Shown in pieces: positions 51,607-60,214 of a DNA stretch of 64,000 nt. The position numbers and the translations under genes are program-made. The first letter of the stretch is position 1. Each line of letters starts with the position of its first letter. Origin of the DNA: a virus; IMG/VR virus record IMGVR_UViG_3300027971_000028, positions 69,337 to 133,336 of that record; one strand, written 5' to 3'. The notes beneath the pieces were generated by a model. The model made no database searches and was not told the origin of the DNA. It saw only the letters and a list, made by a program, of their open reading frames with translations.

Positions 51607-52239
51607 TTGTGTATGGGGCTGAGGGAAAGTTATGAAGTAAAATCAATTACATATCAGCAGGCAATGGCTGTTGTAGTAGAGAAACATTACTTACATCGCA
51701 AGTGTCCTGTGAGCCATGCCTTTGGTTTATTTGAAAGGGCAGGGGATGAATTAGTTGGAGTTGTTACATATGGTGTTAGTCCATCATCTACTTTACTAAA
51801 AGGGATCTGTGGTCCTGAAGAGGCTAAGAATGTGTATGAGTTAAATAGGTTGTGGGTTGATGACAAAGTGCCTAAGAATGGGGAGAGTTTTTTGGTAGCC
51901 AATACCATGTGCTTATTAGATAGGGAAATAGTTGTCTCCTTTGCTGATACATCCCAAGGGCACGTAGGTGTGATTTATCAGGCCGCAAACTTTATTTATA
52001 CGGGGCTTTCGGCAAAATTTAAGGATCCTAAAGTTGTGGGCAAAGAGAATATGCACCACGCTACATATGCCAACGGATTAACTAACGCTCAAGTTATTGA
52101 GAAGTTTGGCGCTGAGAACGTTACTTTTGTAGATAGACCACGTAAACATAGATACATATACTTTAATTGTGATAAAAGACGTAAGAAGGAATTAGTTAAA
52201 AAGTTAAGATATAAAACTATTCCTTACCCGAAGAGGTAA
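51607..52239 (+). CDS. Mom-like (GNAT fold) adenine-modification protein
   Basis: KHYLHR, GVVTYG, YELNRLW, KNGESFLV, VSFAD..GHVGVIYQAANFIYTG. Confidence 0.75.
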   Translation: MCMGLRESYEVKSITYQQAMAVVVEKHYLHRKCPVSHAFGLFERAGDELVGVVTYGVSPSSTLLKGICGPEEAKNVYELNRLWVDDKVPKNGESFLVANTMCLLDREIVVSFADTSQGHVGVIYQAANFIYTGLSAKFKDPKVVGKENMHHATYANGLTNAQVIEKFGAENVTFVDRPRKHRYIYFNCDKRRKKELVKKLRYKTIPYPKR

Positions 52240-52441
52240 GATTTTTAGACGCTGTATCTGAGTGAGCATAGATGTTTGATGCTAAGCCAACTAATGTGTT
52301 TTCATATTTAGAAAAGTGATGTCCGCAGAAATATAAATCTCCAGTGGTTAGTGAAACTAAAAAATAAGCTTTAGCAACACAACGGTCGCAATAATCTTGA
52401 GGTGTTATTACCTTTTGGACAACGCCAGTTTCTGTAATCAT
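52217..52441 (-). CDS. Small Zn-finger-like protein (CxxC...CxxH)
   Basis: DYCDRC..LYFCGHH. Confidence 0.7.
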   Translation of the reverse strand: MITETGVVQKVITPQDYCDRCVAKAYFLVSLTTGDLYFCGHHFSKYENTLVGLASNIYAHSDTASKNLTSSGKE

Positions 52442-52668
52442 TAACTACCCATCTGCTCAAATATATCTTTACATTCTGGACAAACGGGGTATTTGTCTGG
52501 ATCTCTGGAAGGAATCCAAACCTTACCACAAAGAGCAATACAAGGCCACCCGTTAACTAAAGCTTCGGTAATACTTTCTTTATCAACATAGTGAGCGAAA
52601 CGATCATGATCACCGTTCCTAGTATACGTTTTAGAATCTGTGGACGTATCAACTATCGAGTCGCTCAT
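52441..52668 (-). CDS. DUF3039-family protein (Actinobacteria)
   Basis: GDHDRFAHYV..ALCGKVWIPSRDP.KYPVCPEC. Confidence 0.85.
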   Translation of the reverse strand: MSDSIVDTSTDSKTYTRNGDHDRFAHYVDKESITEALVNGWPCIALCGKVWIPSRDPDKYPVCPECKDIFEQMGS

Positions 52669-52692
52669 ATGTAAAGTTTATCTCTTATTTAA

Positions 52693-52766
52693 TGGAGCGA
52701 ATGGAGAGAATCGAACTCTCACTATCTGCTTGGAAGGCAGAAGTTCTACCATTGAACTACATTCGC
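52693..52766 (-). tRNA. trnG: tRNA-Gly (anticodon TCC) with encoded CCA
   Basis: GCGAATG acceptor, D-arm TAGTTCAATGGTAGAAC, TCTGC-CTTCCAA-GCAGA anticodon arm, GTTCGATTC T-loop, CCA. Confidence 0.93.
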
Positions 52767-52778
52767 AAGGACAGTATT

Positions 52779-52961
52779 CTAGCGTCCGCCAGTAGAGTAA
52801 AAGCCACTTCCTTTAAATAAAACTCCTGGTGTTGAATAAACTCTTTTTAACTGCTCTTGACATTCAGGAGCAGAGCATAAAAAATCTGTTTGCTCTTCAT
52901 TCATAGATCTTTCTTGAATAACTCTATGTCCCATGTCGCAGACGTATTCGTATGTAGCCAT
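52779..52961 (-). CDS. FmdB-family Zn-ribbon protein
   Basis: YEYVC..GH..C...C..KRVYS.PGVLFKGSGFYST. Confidence 0.85.
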   Translation of the reverse strand: MATYEYVCDMGHRVIQERSMNEEQTDFLCSAPECQEQLKRVYSTPGVLFKGSGFYSTGGR

Positions 52962-52983
52962 ATTATTAAATCTTTAGTACTTG

Positions 52984-53124
52984 TTATTGTGCTACTTTTT
53001 TAGTTTTTGGAGTGTATGGCTCTAGTCTTGTCTTAATACTTCCATCTTTTCGCATGGTAACAATCCAGCCATCTTTAATTTGTGTTTTATTAAATCCAAA
53101 AGAACGAAAGTATTTAGCGCTCAT
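52984..53124 (-). CDS. Small basic hypothetical protein (46 aa)
   Basis: MSAKYFRSFGFNKTQIKDGWIVTMRKDGSIK... Confidence 0.55.
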   Translation of the reverse strand: MSAKYFRSFGFNKTQIKDGWIVTMRKDGSIKTRLEPYTPKTKKVAQ

Positions 53125-53217
53125 TTGGGTTTCCGTACTTCATCCATATATACATAAGCGTCATTCCAACAATTAAACCTGAACTACTTAATAACATTGC
53201 TGAAGCAACATTGTTCA

Positions 53218-53640
53218 TTATTTACCTGACTGCTTACGCTTGGCTTCTAGTAATGCAAAGTCTTTGATCTTAGTTTCTCCCATATAACCCCAAGCATAAC
53301 CGTCAGCAATTAGTGCTTCATTGATAGATTTTTCTGCGCCATCAATAAATATCCAACCTAAGATGCGACCATATTTTTCAGTTGAGTCTGGTTTTTCGGT
53401 TCTGATAACAACACTAGATGATTTAGAGAGAATGTCTTTCAGACGTTGCTTAACCTCAAGTCCTAGAGCCTTTTCCTTCTTATCAGTAGTTCTAGACTCT
53501 GGAGTATCAATACCTGCAAGGCGGACTCTTTGCGTGAAAGAGATATCAAAACCTAGATCAATATCAACATCAATAGTATCGCCATCAACTATTTTTAAAA
53601 CTTGCTTCACTCTGTATTCGTACATTAGATTGACACCCAT
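53218..53640 (-). CDS. Thermonuclease (SNase-like)
   Basis: IVDGDTIDV, VRLAGIDTPES, KYGRILG. Confidence 0.88.
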   Translation of the reverse strand: MGVNLMYEYRVKQVLKIVDGDTIDVDIDLGFDISFTQRVRLAGIDTPESRTTDKKEKALGLEVKQRLKDILSKSSSVVIRTEKPDSTEKYGRILGWIFIDGAEKSINEALIADGYAWGYMGETKIKDFALLEAKRKQSGK

Positions 53641-53738
53641 CCTTGATACTCAGCGTTTGGATTATTGGCTAACCATTCCTCGCGCAACTTGTTTTGCAAA
53701 GCCCAATCAACATTATTATCAGACATTATCTATACCTA

Positions 53739-54272
53739 TTATTTTCTTTTTGTTGTTGATGCTTTGCTTTGGCTACCAAACTTTGGTCTACCAAATCCAA
53801 CAATAGTTACCATAACGTTCTTTTTGTTTTTCTTAAAAGCACGAAGTTTTTTACAAACTTCTCCACCATTTCTTTGACTACCTTTAGAATTATTAGAAGT
53901 ATTTCCTTCTACACACCAAACGGTTCCATCTCCATTATCTTGAACAACAATACCTACATGAGAGATTCGATCTACTCCATCAGATGGGAAATCAAAATAT
54001 GCAATGTCACCTGGATCTGGATCTGATAAATCTCCATCAATCCATGAACCAGCCTTTTTAAATGCTTGTGCTCCAGCAGGTGTGTACACAGTGTTTGGAA
54101 CTTTTACTCCTGCTTCATTAGCGCACCACATAACAAATGAACCGCACCATGGTTGGAAATTAGATTTAGTATATGCACCATAGATAGTTTCATTATCTTT
54201 AGGGCCTTCTATAGTTCCTACTTCTGCTGTAGCAACTTCAACTAATTTTTCTGCTGTACCTAACTCTGCCAT
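53739..54272 (-). CDS. CHAP-domain endolysin
   Basis: PWCGSFVMWC, PGDIAYFDF, HVGIV, VEGNT; ATG at 54272 (TAATG) preferred over ORF-track 54287. Confidence 0.85.
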   Translation of the reverse strand: MAELGTAEKLVEVATAEVGTIEGPKDNETIYGAYTKSNFQPWCGSFVMWCANEAGVKVPNTVYTPAGAQAFKKAGSWIDGDLSDPDPGDIAYFDFPSDGVDRISHVGIVVQDNGDGTVWCVEGNTSNNSKGSQRNGGEVCKKLRAFKKNKKNVMVTIVGFGRPKFGSQSKASTTKRK

Positions 54273-54712
54273 TATTTTTTGTTCCAACTCTCATCGATTG
54301 CATGTTCTGCTGGCATTTCTCCAGTTGGTTTTGCCAATCTTCGTGCTTCAGCCTCATCAATTTCTGCCTCAAGTTTCTTATCTGCCTGAGTATTTTTAGC
54401 ATCCATCTCTTTGTTTGCAAGTTGCGCTGACATAACATCTTTAGCACCGCTTTGACCAATTAGAAGACCTGCAAGTGTTCCAGTAATAAAAGTAGCAACG
54501 CTACCTAAAACGTTGAAAAACATCTTGTCATTCTCGGATTGACCTGTGATTGGTTGCGTAACAAAAATTAGAGCGTACAAAATTCCTAATGTTGTACATA
54601 GCAAAATTGTTCCAAGAATTAGACCTAAGATAAACTTTAATCTTGCATCTAAATCTTGTGGAGTTAGTTTTGCTCTAGCCATTTGTCGTCCCTTCAAAAG
54701 TGTCTTTACCAA
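54272..54712 (-). CDS. Two-TM membrane protein (holin-like)
   Basis: Two hydrophobic helices, charged C-tail, directly upstream of the lysin; real start probably 54682. Confidence 0.6.
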   Translation of the reverse strand: MVKTLLKGRQMARAKLTPQDLDARLKFILGLILGTILLCTTLGILYALIFVTQPITGQSENDKMFFNVLGSVATFITGTLAGLLIGQSGAKDVMSAQLANKEMDAKNTQADKKLEAEIDEAEARRLAKPTGEMPAEHAIDESWNKK

Positions 54713-54884
54713 CCAAGTCTATCGGACATGCGCCAGCAGCAGTGCAGACAGGCGGTTTACATTCTGCTTTTTCCCAATTGGCAGGATCTTGACATGGGTA
54801 GCGGTAATGTCCATCACCACATGCTGAAAGAAGTAGGGTCATTAAAGCAGCCCCTACTAGAAATTTAATCTTGGACATCAACAT
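54675..54884 (-). CDS. Small lipoprotein
   Basis: Lipobox LLLSA-C, then YRYPCQDP..C..P.C....C.P. Confidence 0.7.
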   Translation of the reverse strand: MLMSKIKFLVGAALMTLLLSACGDGHYRYPCQDPANWEKAECKPPVCTAAGACPIDLVGKDTFEGTTNG

Positions 54885-54941
54885 TACCTTCCGCTTAAAA
54901 GTCTATTGTACAAGCGGAAGATAATTATGATTTTATGAAGT

Positions 54942-55325
54942 TTAGAGAGTTCCCTCTTCTAAAAGGACGAAGCCGTGCTCTCTGTCGTATATTCTGTAGT
55001 CAGCACTAACTACCTCAAAACGCTCTTTAACTGCCTCTATTACAACCTCTTTGTCCAGAGAACCGCATGTGTAGAGATCAAACTGGAGCCTTGCTGGAGC
55101 AACCTCATCCCAAACATGGAAAGCAATGTGGCTAGTTTCTATGCCAACAATTGCTGTAACTCCTCTGTTACCAGGTGCATCTACGTAAGTTGCATGTGGT
55201 CCCATAAGAATTTTCATTCCTACTCTTTCAACTAAATCTTTAAGAAAAGATACCGCGTCCTCTGTACTCTCTAAAGAATTATTTACTCGAGCATTTATGA
55301 GTATGTGTTTGTGTTCTAAAGACAT
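54942..55325 (-). CDS. speD: Pyruvoyl-dependent S-adenosylmethionine decarboxylase family proenzyme
   Basis: GVTAIVGIETSHIAFHVWDE..FDLYTCG. Confidence 0.8.
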   Translation of the reverse strand: MSLEHKHILINARVNNSLESTEDAVSFLKDLVERVGMKILMGPHATYVDAPGNRGVTAIVGIETSHIAFHVWDEVAPARLQFDLYTCGSLDKEVVIEAVKERFEVVSADYRIYDREHGFVLLEEGTL

Positions 55326-55435
55326 TACTTAGTCTTAGTACTTTTCTTCTTTATTTTTACTGCACGCTTCTCTTTAAGAGTTGATTTTGCTGGTTTTTTC
55401 TTATTAGTAGTTCCCTTTTGTTCTTTGTTAGCCAT
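55325..55435 (-). CDS. Small Lys-rich protein (36 aa)
   Basis: MANKEQKGTTNKKKPAKSTLKEKRAVK...; overlaps both neighbours. Confidence 0.55.
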   Translation of the reverse strand: MANKEQKGTTNKKKPAKSTLKEKRAVKIKKKSTKTK

Positions 55436-57476
55436 TTGCATTCTCCTTAATTAGTCGTACTTCACATGCGTCTGTTGTGCAATAGGCTTCTCCAATTGCG
55501 TCCGCAGCCAGACCAGCATACACCCCTGAGAAATCAATAGGGAAGAGACGCAGCGTTCCTTCATCCTCATATTCTTGCTCGGTGATTTGTGTGTAAGGCA
55601 TCTGTGGATATGTAAAATTACCTGAAGGTAGAAATGAAACTGTCTTTAGTTGACCATCATAAAGATGCAAAACTGTCCCTACTGCTTCGGACTCTGTTTC
55701 AGGATTAAAAGAGATAGTTACAGAGACAGAGTTGTCAGACCAGTAACGTTGAGCATAGGCTGCTAACGCCATCTTTTCGTAGATTGAGACGTCTTTCTCA
55801 GCCCGCTTTGATTCAGACTTGATAGGAAAATAAACAACGGAGGTTGTTTCTGGATTCTCCGACGCCGGTTCAACTTTATAATTCGCCATCTTAAATAGAG
55901 GCAACATAGGATCAGAATTACCGAAACGGATAGTACGCATAAAATACTTACCGCCAGGAGTCCAATGAACACCAGGTGATTCACCTGCGAGTATAGAAAC
56001 TGTTCCAGATGGTTTAACAGTAGTTGTCTTGATTGACTCGCGGATACCAAGCCATTCGGAGTAGTTTGTGTCATAGTACTTAATTGTCTTATACCCCTCG
56101 TCCATCCATTCTTTTAATGTTGGAAGACCTCGGTTATCTGCGAAGTTAGCGACACCAGACATTGAGGTTCCTATGCGTCTATTTCTCTGCATAATGCCAT
56201 TTGTCTCTGACCAGTGAGTTGGTAGAAGTGTTACTGTTTTTGCATATAGATAGGCAAACTTAAGTGTTCTCTTATAGTCATCTAAATTATCATGACGGTT
56301 TAGGTAGGTCTCAACAAGTGTACACATTTCATAAGACTCTAGTGATTGTTCGGCGCAAGGGTTATAACCTTCAACGCGATAATCTTTATTATTAGGTGGA
56401 TCAATCAGACGTCCATATTGTCTAGAAACATCTAACCAAACAACTCCTGGCTCTCCGTTACGAGCAATACCTTCAACAATAGGATCTAGATCAGCCCCAA
56501 CGTATGCCTCAACTGAGTTGTTAGACATCCATGCCCAACCAGGGGAAGCAGGGTCATATGAGTTTCTCTCTGGATAAATCTCTGCATTCTTTAGGTTTAA
56601 GAAGTCTTTATCGTCAATGCGACCAATTAAAAGTTCAGCAGAACGTCTAACGTTTCCGCTAACAACGCAAACGCCAATCATATTTCCAATATCAGCAAGA
56701 TCTCTGCGAGTTACTTTTTCTCCAGAACGTCCTGCAAATAATTTAGTTATGTGTTTGTGTAAACGCTCTAACGGTTCATGTCCTGCTGCGGTTCCGCCAA
56801 AGGTTTTAATTGGGGTACCTGCTGGGCGGACTTCTTTGTAATCAAATACTGGATTCTTCTGATCTGGTCTGAGGTAGGCATTGATGACGATCTCAAGTGA
56901 CTTGACCCATCCTTCTCTGGTATCTGGAACGACATATGTTTCTTCTCCTTGTGGTTCATAGATTTGAAAATCTTTGTCAGCGCCTTTGTCATCAAAGCCT
57001 ACGCCAACTCCTAACATTGATGCTTCCATTAAAAATGTAAACGGTCTTGATGGATCTGCCTTTGTCATTTCTTTAGTAGAAACAAAAGCACAGTTTTGTA
57101 ATGCAGCAGAGTTTCTTTGAGACATAACAATAGGAGTTCCCATTACCCAAAGTCCGCGTCCTGGTGGTGACCACTTCAATTCAAATAAACGTTCGAACGC
57201 TTCTTTTGCAGAGGCTGCTGCTTTAGTGTCAGACCAAGGAAGACGATTAGTTTTTGCGTGATCTTTTTGTAATGAATACATTCCATTAATAACTCGCTCG
57301 CAAACATCTACCCAAGTCTCTTTAGTGCCATCTTCTTTTAAGCGTGAGTATGTACGTAAAAAGGTAATCTCTCCGACTGAGTTTCCCGCTGCATCTCGAT
57401 AACCAAACGGTGCTTTTCTACTTTTATATCCGCTTATGAAATCTTCTGAAAGACGAAATGAAAAAACAACAGACAT
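55428..57476 (-). CDS. nrdJ: Class II (adenosylcobalamin) ribonucleotide reductase, monomeric type
   Basis: RTYSR, PPGRGLW, NCAF, GVGVGF, NPCAEQSLESYEMCTLVE, RRIG, KPSGTVS, C-terminal CTTDAC. Confidence 0.93.
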   Translation of the reverse strand: MSVVFSFRLSEDFISGYKSRKAPFGYRDAAGNSVGEITFLRTYSRLKEDGTKETWVDVCERVINGMYSLQKDHAKTNRLPWSDTKAAASAKEAFERLFELKWSPPGRGLWVMGTPIVMSQRNSAALQNCAFVSTKEMTKADPSRPFTFLMEASMLGVGVGFDDKGADKDFQIYEPQGEETYVVPDTREGWVKSLEIVINAYLRPDQKNPVFDYKEVRPAGTPIKTFGGTAAGHEPLERLHKHITKLFAGRSGEKVTRRDLADIGNMIGVCVVSGNVRRSAELLIGRIDDKDFLNLKNAEIYPERNSYDPASPGWAWMSNNSVEAYVGADLDPIVEGIARNGEPGVVWLDVSRQYGRLIDPPNNKDYRVEGYNPCAEQSLESYEMCTLVETYLNRHDNLDDYKRTLKFAYLYAKTVTLLPTHWSETNGIMQRNRRIGTSMSGVANFADNRGLPTLKEWMDEGYKTIKYYDTNYSEWLGIRESIKTTTVKPSGTVSILAGESPGVHWTPGGKYFMRTIRFGNSDPMLPLFKMANYKVEPASENPETTSVVYFPIKSESKRAEKDVSIYEKMALAAYAQRYWSDNSVSVTISFNPETESEAVGTVLHLYDGQLKTVSFLPSGNFTYPQMPYTQITEQEYEDEGTLRLFPIDFSGVYAGLAADAIGEAYCTTDACEVRLIKENANG

Positions 57477-57554
57477 AAAAACTCCTCTATTTGAATGTAC
57501 GAATTATTAATTCTATCTAAAGTATGAAACCCTAGAGGTAAATCTTACAGCAAA

Positions 57555-57782
57555 TTAGAGAAGGGTAGGTTGAACAACCGCATCTACTGTTTTGTTTTGC
57601 ATATCTAATACTAGTGTTTTTACATACTTCATACCATTCACATAAGCTGGTGGGAATCCAGATAAAACTGCTCCCCTAATTTCTTCTTCAATTAAAGAAA
57701 ATATTTTCATTCTAAGTTCGTATTGTATATTTTCTTTTACTGATTCGTGATTACCCCAGTAGGGAGATCCTTCATATGACAC
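57555..57782 (-). CDS. Hypothetical protein
   Basis: 75-aa ORF in a co-directional run. Confidence 0.6.
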   Translation of the reverse strand: MSYEGSPYWGNHESVKENIQYELRMKIFSLIEEEIRGAVLSGFPPAYVNGMKYVKTLVLDMQNKTVDAVVQPTLL

Positions 57783-57832
57783 CTAGACACTCCTAATCTT
57801 TCTCTAGCATAAACCTTAAGTTGAGAGTAAAG

Positions 57833-58084
57833 TTATTCTATAGCCTCGGTCTTTAACTCTACTGCATCTATTCTGCAATTATGTGTAGGTATTAAAAGAT
57901 CATCTTCGTCGCAGTTTCCGCAAAGAATTAGTTCTATCTCTAATAGTGAGAAGACTTCTTGTAATTCTTTTTTTGTTTTCTTATATTGGCTAGCGTCATC
58001 TTCATCATAGCCACGCATATCTAAGAGTTCTTTTACTAAAGAGTCTATATACTCATTTGATTTTCTTATAGTTTTCTTATCCAT
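57833..58084 (-). CDS. Hypothetical protein
   Basis: 83-aa ORF with CGNC..HNC. Confidence 0.6.
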   Translation of the reverse strand: MDKKTIRKSNEYIDSLVKELLDMRGYDEDDASQYKKTKKELQEVFSLLEIELILCGNCDEDDLLIPTHNCRIDAVELKTEAIE

Positions 58085-58250
58085 TTGCTACCTCTAGAGT
58101 ATTTCTCTTGCTGTCATATTTTTGATGCCAACAAGATTTACATATCCAAGCGCTCAAACTTTCTTCATAAAGATAGGTGACTCTTTTGGGTATATTGTAA
58201 TTACATATGGGACAAACTGCTTTAGCAATATTTATAGTTCTACTGCTCAT
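58077..58250 (-). CDS. Small CxxC..CxxC Zn-ribbon protein (57 aa)
   Basis: MSSRTINIAKAVCPICN...WICKSCW; TAATG coupled. Confidence 0.55.
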   Translation of the reverse strand: MSSRTINIAKAVCPICNYNIPKRVTYLYEESLSAWICKSCWHQKYDSKRNTLEVANG

Positions 58251-58417
58251 TATCTACACTCCAAACAAAGATTCTCTACACGCAAATTTTCTCTGGTAGT
58301 TTTATAGTCTTTTGAACAGTGAGAGCATTTTCTAGTAAGTAGTCTTTCTTTATACTTCTCTAGAATAAATACTGGATAGGTGAAAGAACAAGTCTTTAAT
58401 TTCTTAACTAAGGGCAC
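58250..58417 (-). CDS. Small CxxC..CxxC Zn-ribbon protein (55 aa)
   Basis: GTG start; RKCSHCSK...NLCLECR. Confidence 0.5.
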   Translation of the reverse strand: MPLVKKLKTCSFTYPVFILEKYKERLLTRKCSHCSKDYKTTRENLRVENLCLECR

Positions 58418-58619
58418 CTGAGCCTCCGATCTCTGAACCTGTGGAGACGTATCCTATCGGAAAACTGGCTGCCCACAAAGCAAGGCAATCTGTGGAGTGG
58501 AAGTACCTAACCTTCTTAGCCCAGAGAAGAGTTATGAAATCCTTACCTCGAACGTTAGCCCGCATGTGGGAGGGGCAGTTATCCCAGTCGCAACGTATTT
58601 TCTGAGGTGAGTTAGGCAT
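58404..58619 (-). CDS. Hypothetical Cys/His protein
   Basis: RCDWDNC..YFHSTDC. Confidence 0.55.
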   Translation of the reverse strand: MPNSPQKIRCDWDNCPSHMRANVRGKDFITLLWAKKVRYFHSTDCLALWAASFPIGYVSTGSEIGGSGALS

Positions 58620-58647
58620 AGGATAACTTTAACAGTGGTGATATTGT

Positions 58648-59313
58648 TTGTATGTGAAAACACACTATGACGTTTTAATCGCTACTCCAGGCTCTATGTT
58701 CAAACAAGAGTATGTAAGAAGTCTAGTAGAGACAACTAGAGTGTTGAATGAAAAGGGTATTTCATACTACTTTTTGAGCAAGTACTCCTCATTTGTTCCA
58801 AGTGCCAGAGAGTTAACGGCTACTGATTCTTACTCGCATGACTGGGAAAATAGAGACATTTGTGGGGGGAAGATAAGTTATAAGAAGATAATCTGGATAG
58901 ATTCAGATATTGAGTGGACTCCTGAAGATTTTATGAAAATTTATGATTCTGAGTTAGATGTGATTTCTGGGGTATATCAAACGCACCCTAATGGAACGGT
59001 TGCGGTAAATCTGACGGACCCTAAGGGCAGACCAACAAAAGTCAATAAAGTCCACTTCCTACTTCACTGGGATCCTGTCGAGGTGGGTGGGGTTGGCTTT
59101 GGGTTTGTTGGGATGAAGTATGGGGTGTTTGAGAAGATGAAGAGACCTTGGTTTAAGATTCGAGAGGTTGAGTGGGATGATGTTGACTTTTCGGTAAATA
59201 TGGGGGAAGACTACTCTTGGTGTGAAGGTGCCAAAGATGCTGGGTTTAAGATTTGGGTAGACCCTACAGTCAAGGTGAAGCATCATAAAGAAACGATTTA
59301 CGTAGTCGAATAG
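58648..59313 (+). CDS. GT-A fold glycosyltransferase
   Basis: VLIATP, WIDSDIEW (DxD), GFGFV, GEDYSWC, WVDPTV..HHK. Confidence 0.8.
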   Translation: MYVKTHYDVLIATPGSMFKQEYVRSLVETTRVLNEKGISYYFLSKYSSFVPSARELTATDSYSHDWENRDICGGKISYKKIIWIDSDIEWTPEDFMKIYDSELDVISGVYQTHPNGTVAVNLTDPKGRPTKVNKVHFLLHWDPVEVGGVGFGFVGMKYGVFEKMKRPWFKIREVEWDDVDFSVNMGEDYSWCEGAKDAGFKIWVDPTVKVKHHKETIYVVE

Positions 59314-59321
59314 AGGTAAAG

Positions 59322-59771
59322 ATGCCAAGAGATATGGAAGCAAGAAAAAAGTATTTAGAGGGATACCTTAAAAGACCTGAGGTTATTGCTCGTAGAAAAG
59401 AAACACTGAAAAAATACAATAAAAGTCAAAAAAGATTAGAGAGTGTAGAAAGATACAAAAAAAGTCATAAAGGACTACAAAATAGAAGAAGAGGTGCTTT
59501 ATCTTCTAAATACAAAATTACCGAACAAAGATACTTTGAAATTTTAAAAAAGCAGATAGGCTTATGCGGTATCTGTGGAAGTGACTCTCCAGGGCGAAGG
59601 GGGAGTAAGAACTTTACTGTAGACCATGACCATACAACTATGGAAGTTAGAGGACTACTTTGTCACCCTTGTAATGTAATGCTTGGTTTGGCTAAAGATA
59701 ATATTGAAGTCTTAGAAACGGCTATTAAATATTTAAAACATCATAAAGAAAAGATCTACGTCGTCGAATAG
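59322..59771 (+). CDS. Endonuclease VII-type HNH (free-standing homing endonuclease)
   Basis: Q.GLCGICG..VDHDH...VRGLLCHPCN.MLG..KD. Confidence 0.88.
   Translation: MPRDMEARKKYLEGYLKRPEVIARRKETLKKYNKSQKRLESVERYKKSHKGLQNRRRGALSSKYKITEQRYFEILKKQIGLCGICGSDSPGRRGSKNFTVDHDHTTMEVRGLLCHPCNVMLGLAKDNIEVLETAIKYLKHHKEKIYVVE
59739..59771 (+). repeat. Duplicate of the upstream GT gene 3' end (59281-59313)
   Basis: 30/33 nt identical; HHKETIYVVE* vs HHKEKIYVVE*. Confidence 0.85.
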
Positions 59772-60053
59772 TAGATTTTGTTAGGTAAAAAGTCTAAAGC
59801 ATTGGTGTAGACTTTAGGTCAAGATTCTATAATGAAAAGCCCTAAAAATGGGCAAAAAATGATGCTTTTTAGTGACACTACTATGTGTCCGATTTCCTGT
59901 CAAATGAGTGAATTATGGACAACTTTTTCCATTTTATAAATGGATTTTTTAGTCCAGACCACTATTACACTATATATCATAATGTATATACTGAAGTATT
60001 AATACGGAACCCTACAGACAATTTGCATAGCGCGTTAGGGAAAAATAGTTGAG

Positions 60054-60117
60054 TATAGTCAATATGTTGTTTTCATATTTTATAGTTAATAGTGTATAGT
60101 TAAAACTCTATAGTTAA
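60054..60117 (+). promoter_or_regulatory. Phased TATAGTTAA repeats in an AT-rich intergenic region
   Basis: Copies at 60081, 60095, 60109 (14-bp period) and a variant TATAGTCAA at 60054. Confidence 0.5.
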
Positions 60118-60214
60118 TAGAAGTTTGTGATAGATTAGACTATAGAAGAAAGAGGGAGTACTCTATAATGAAAATAGTGATAGAGGTTTTAACCGACTTC
60201 AAAAAAAGGAAAAA

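Noticed and set aside
55763-56995. Alternative-frame ORFs within nrdJ; possible intron or intein
   Set aside because: nrdJ is continuous and of normal length (682 aa), with no intein or intron signatures
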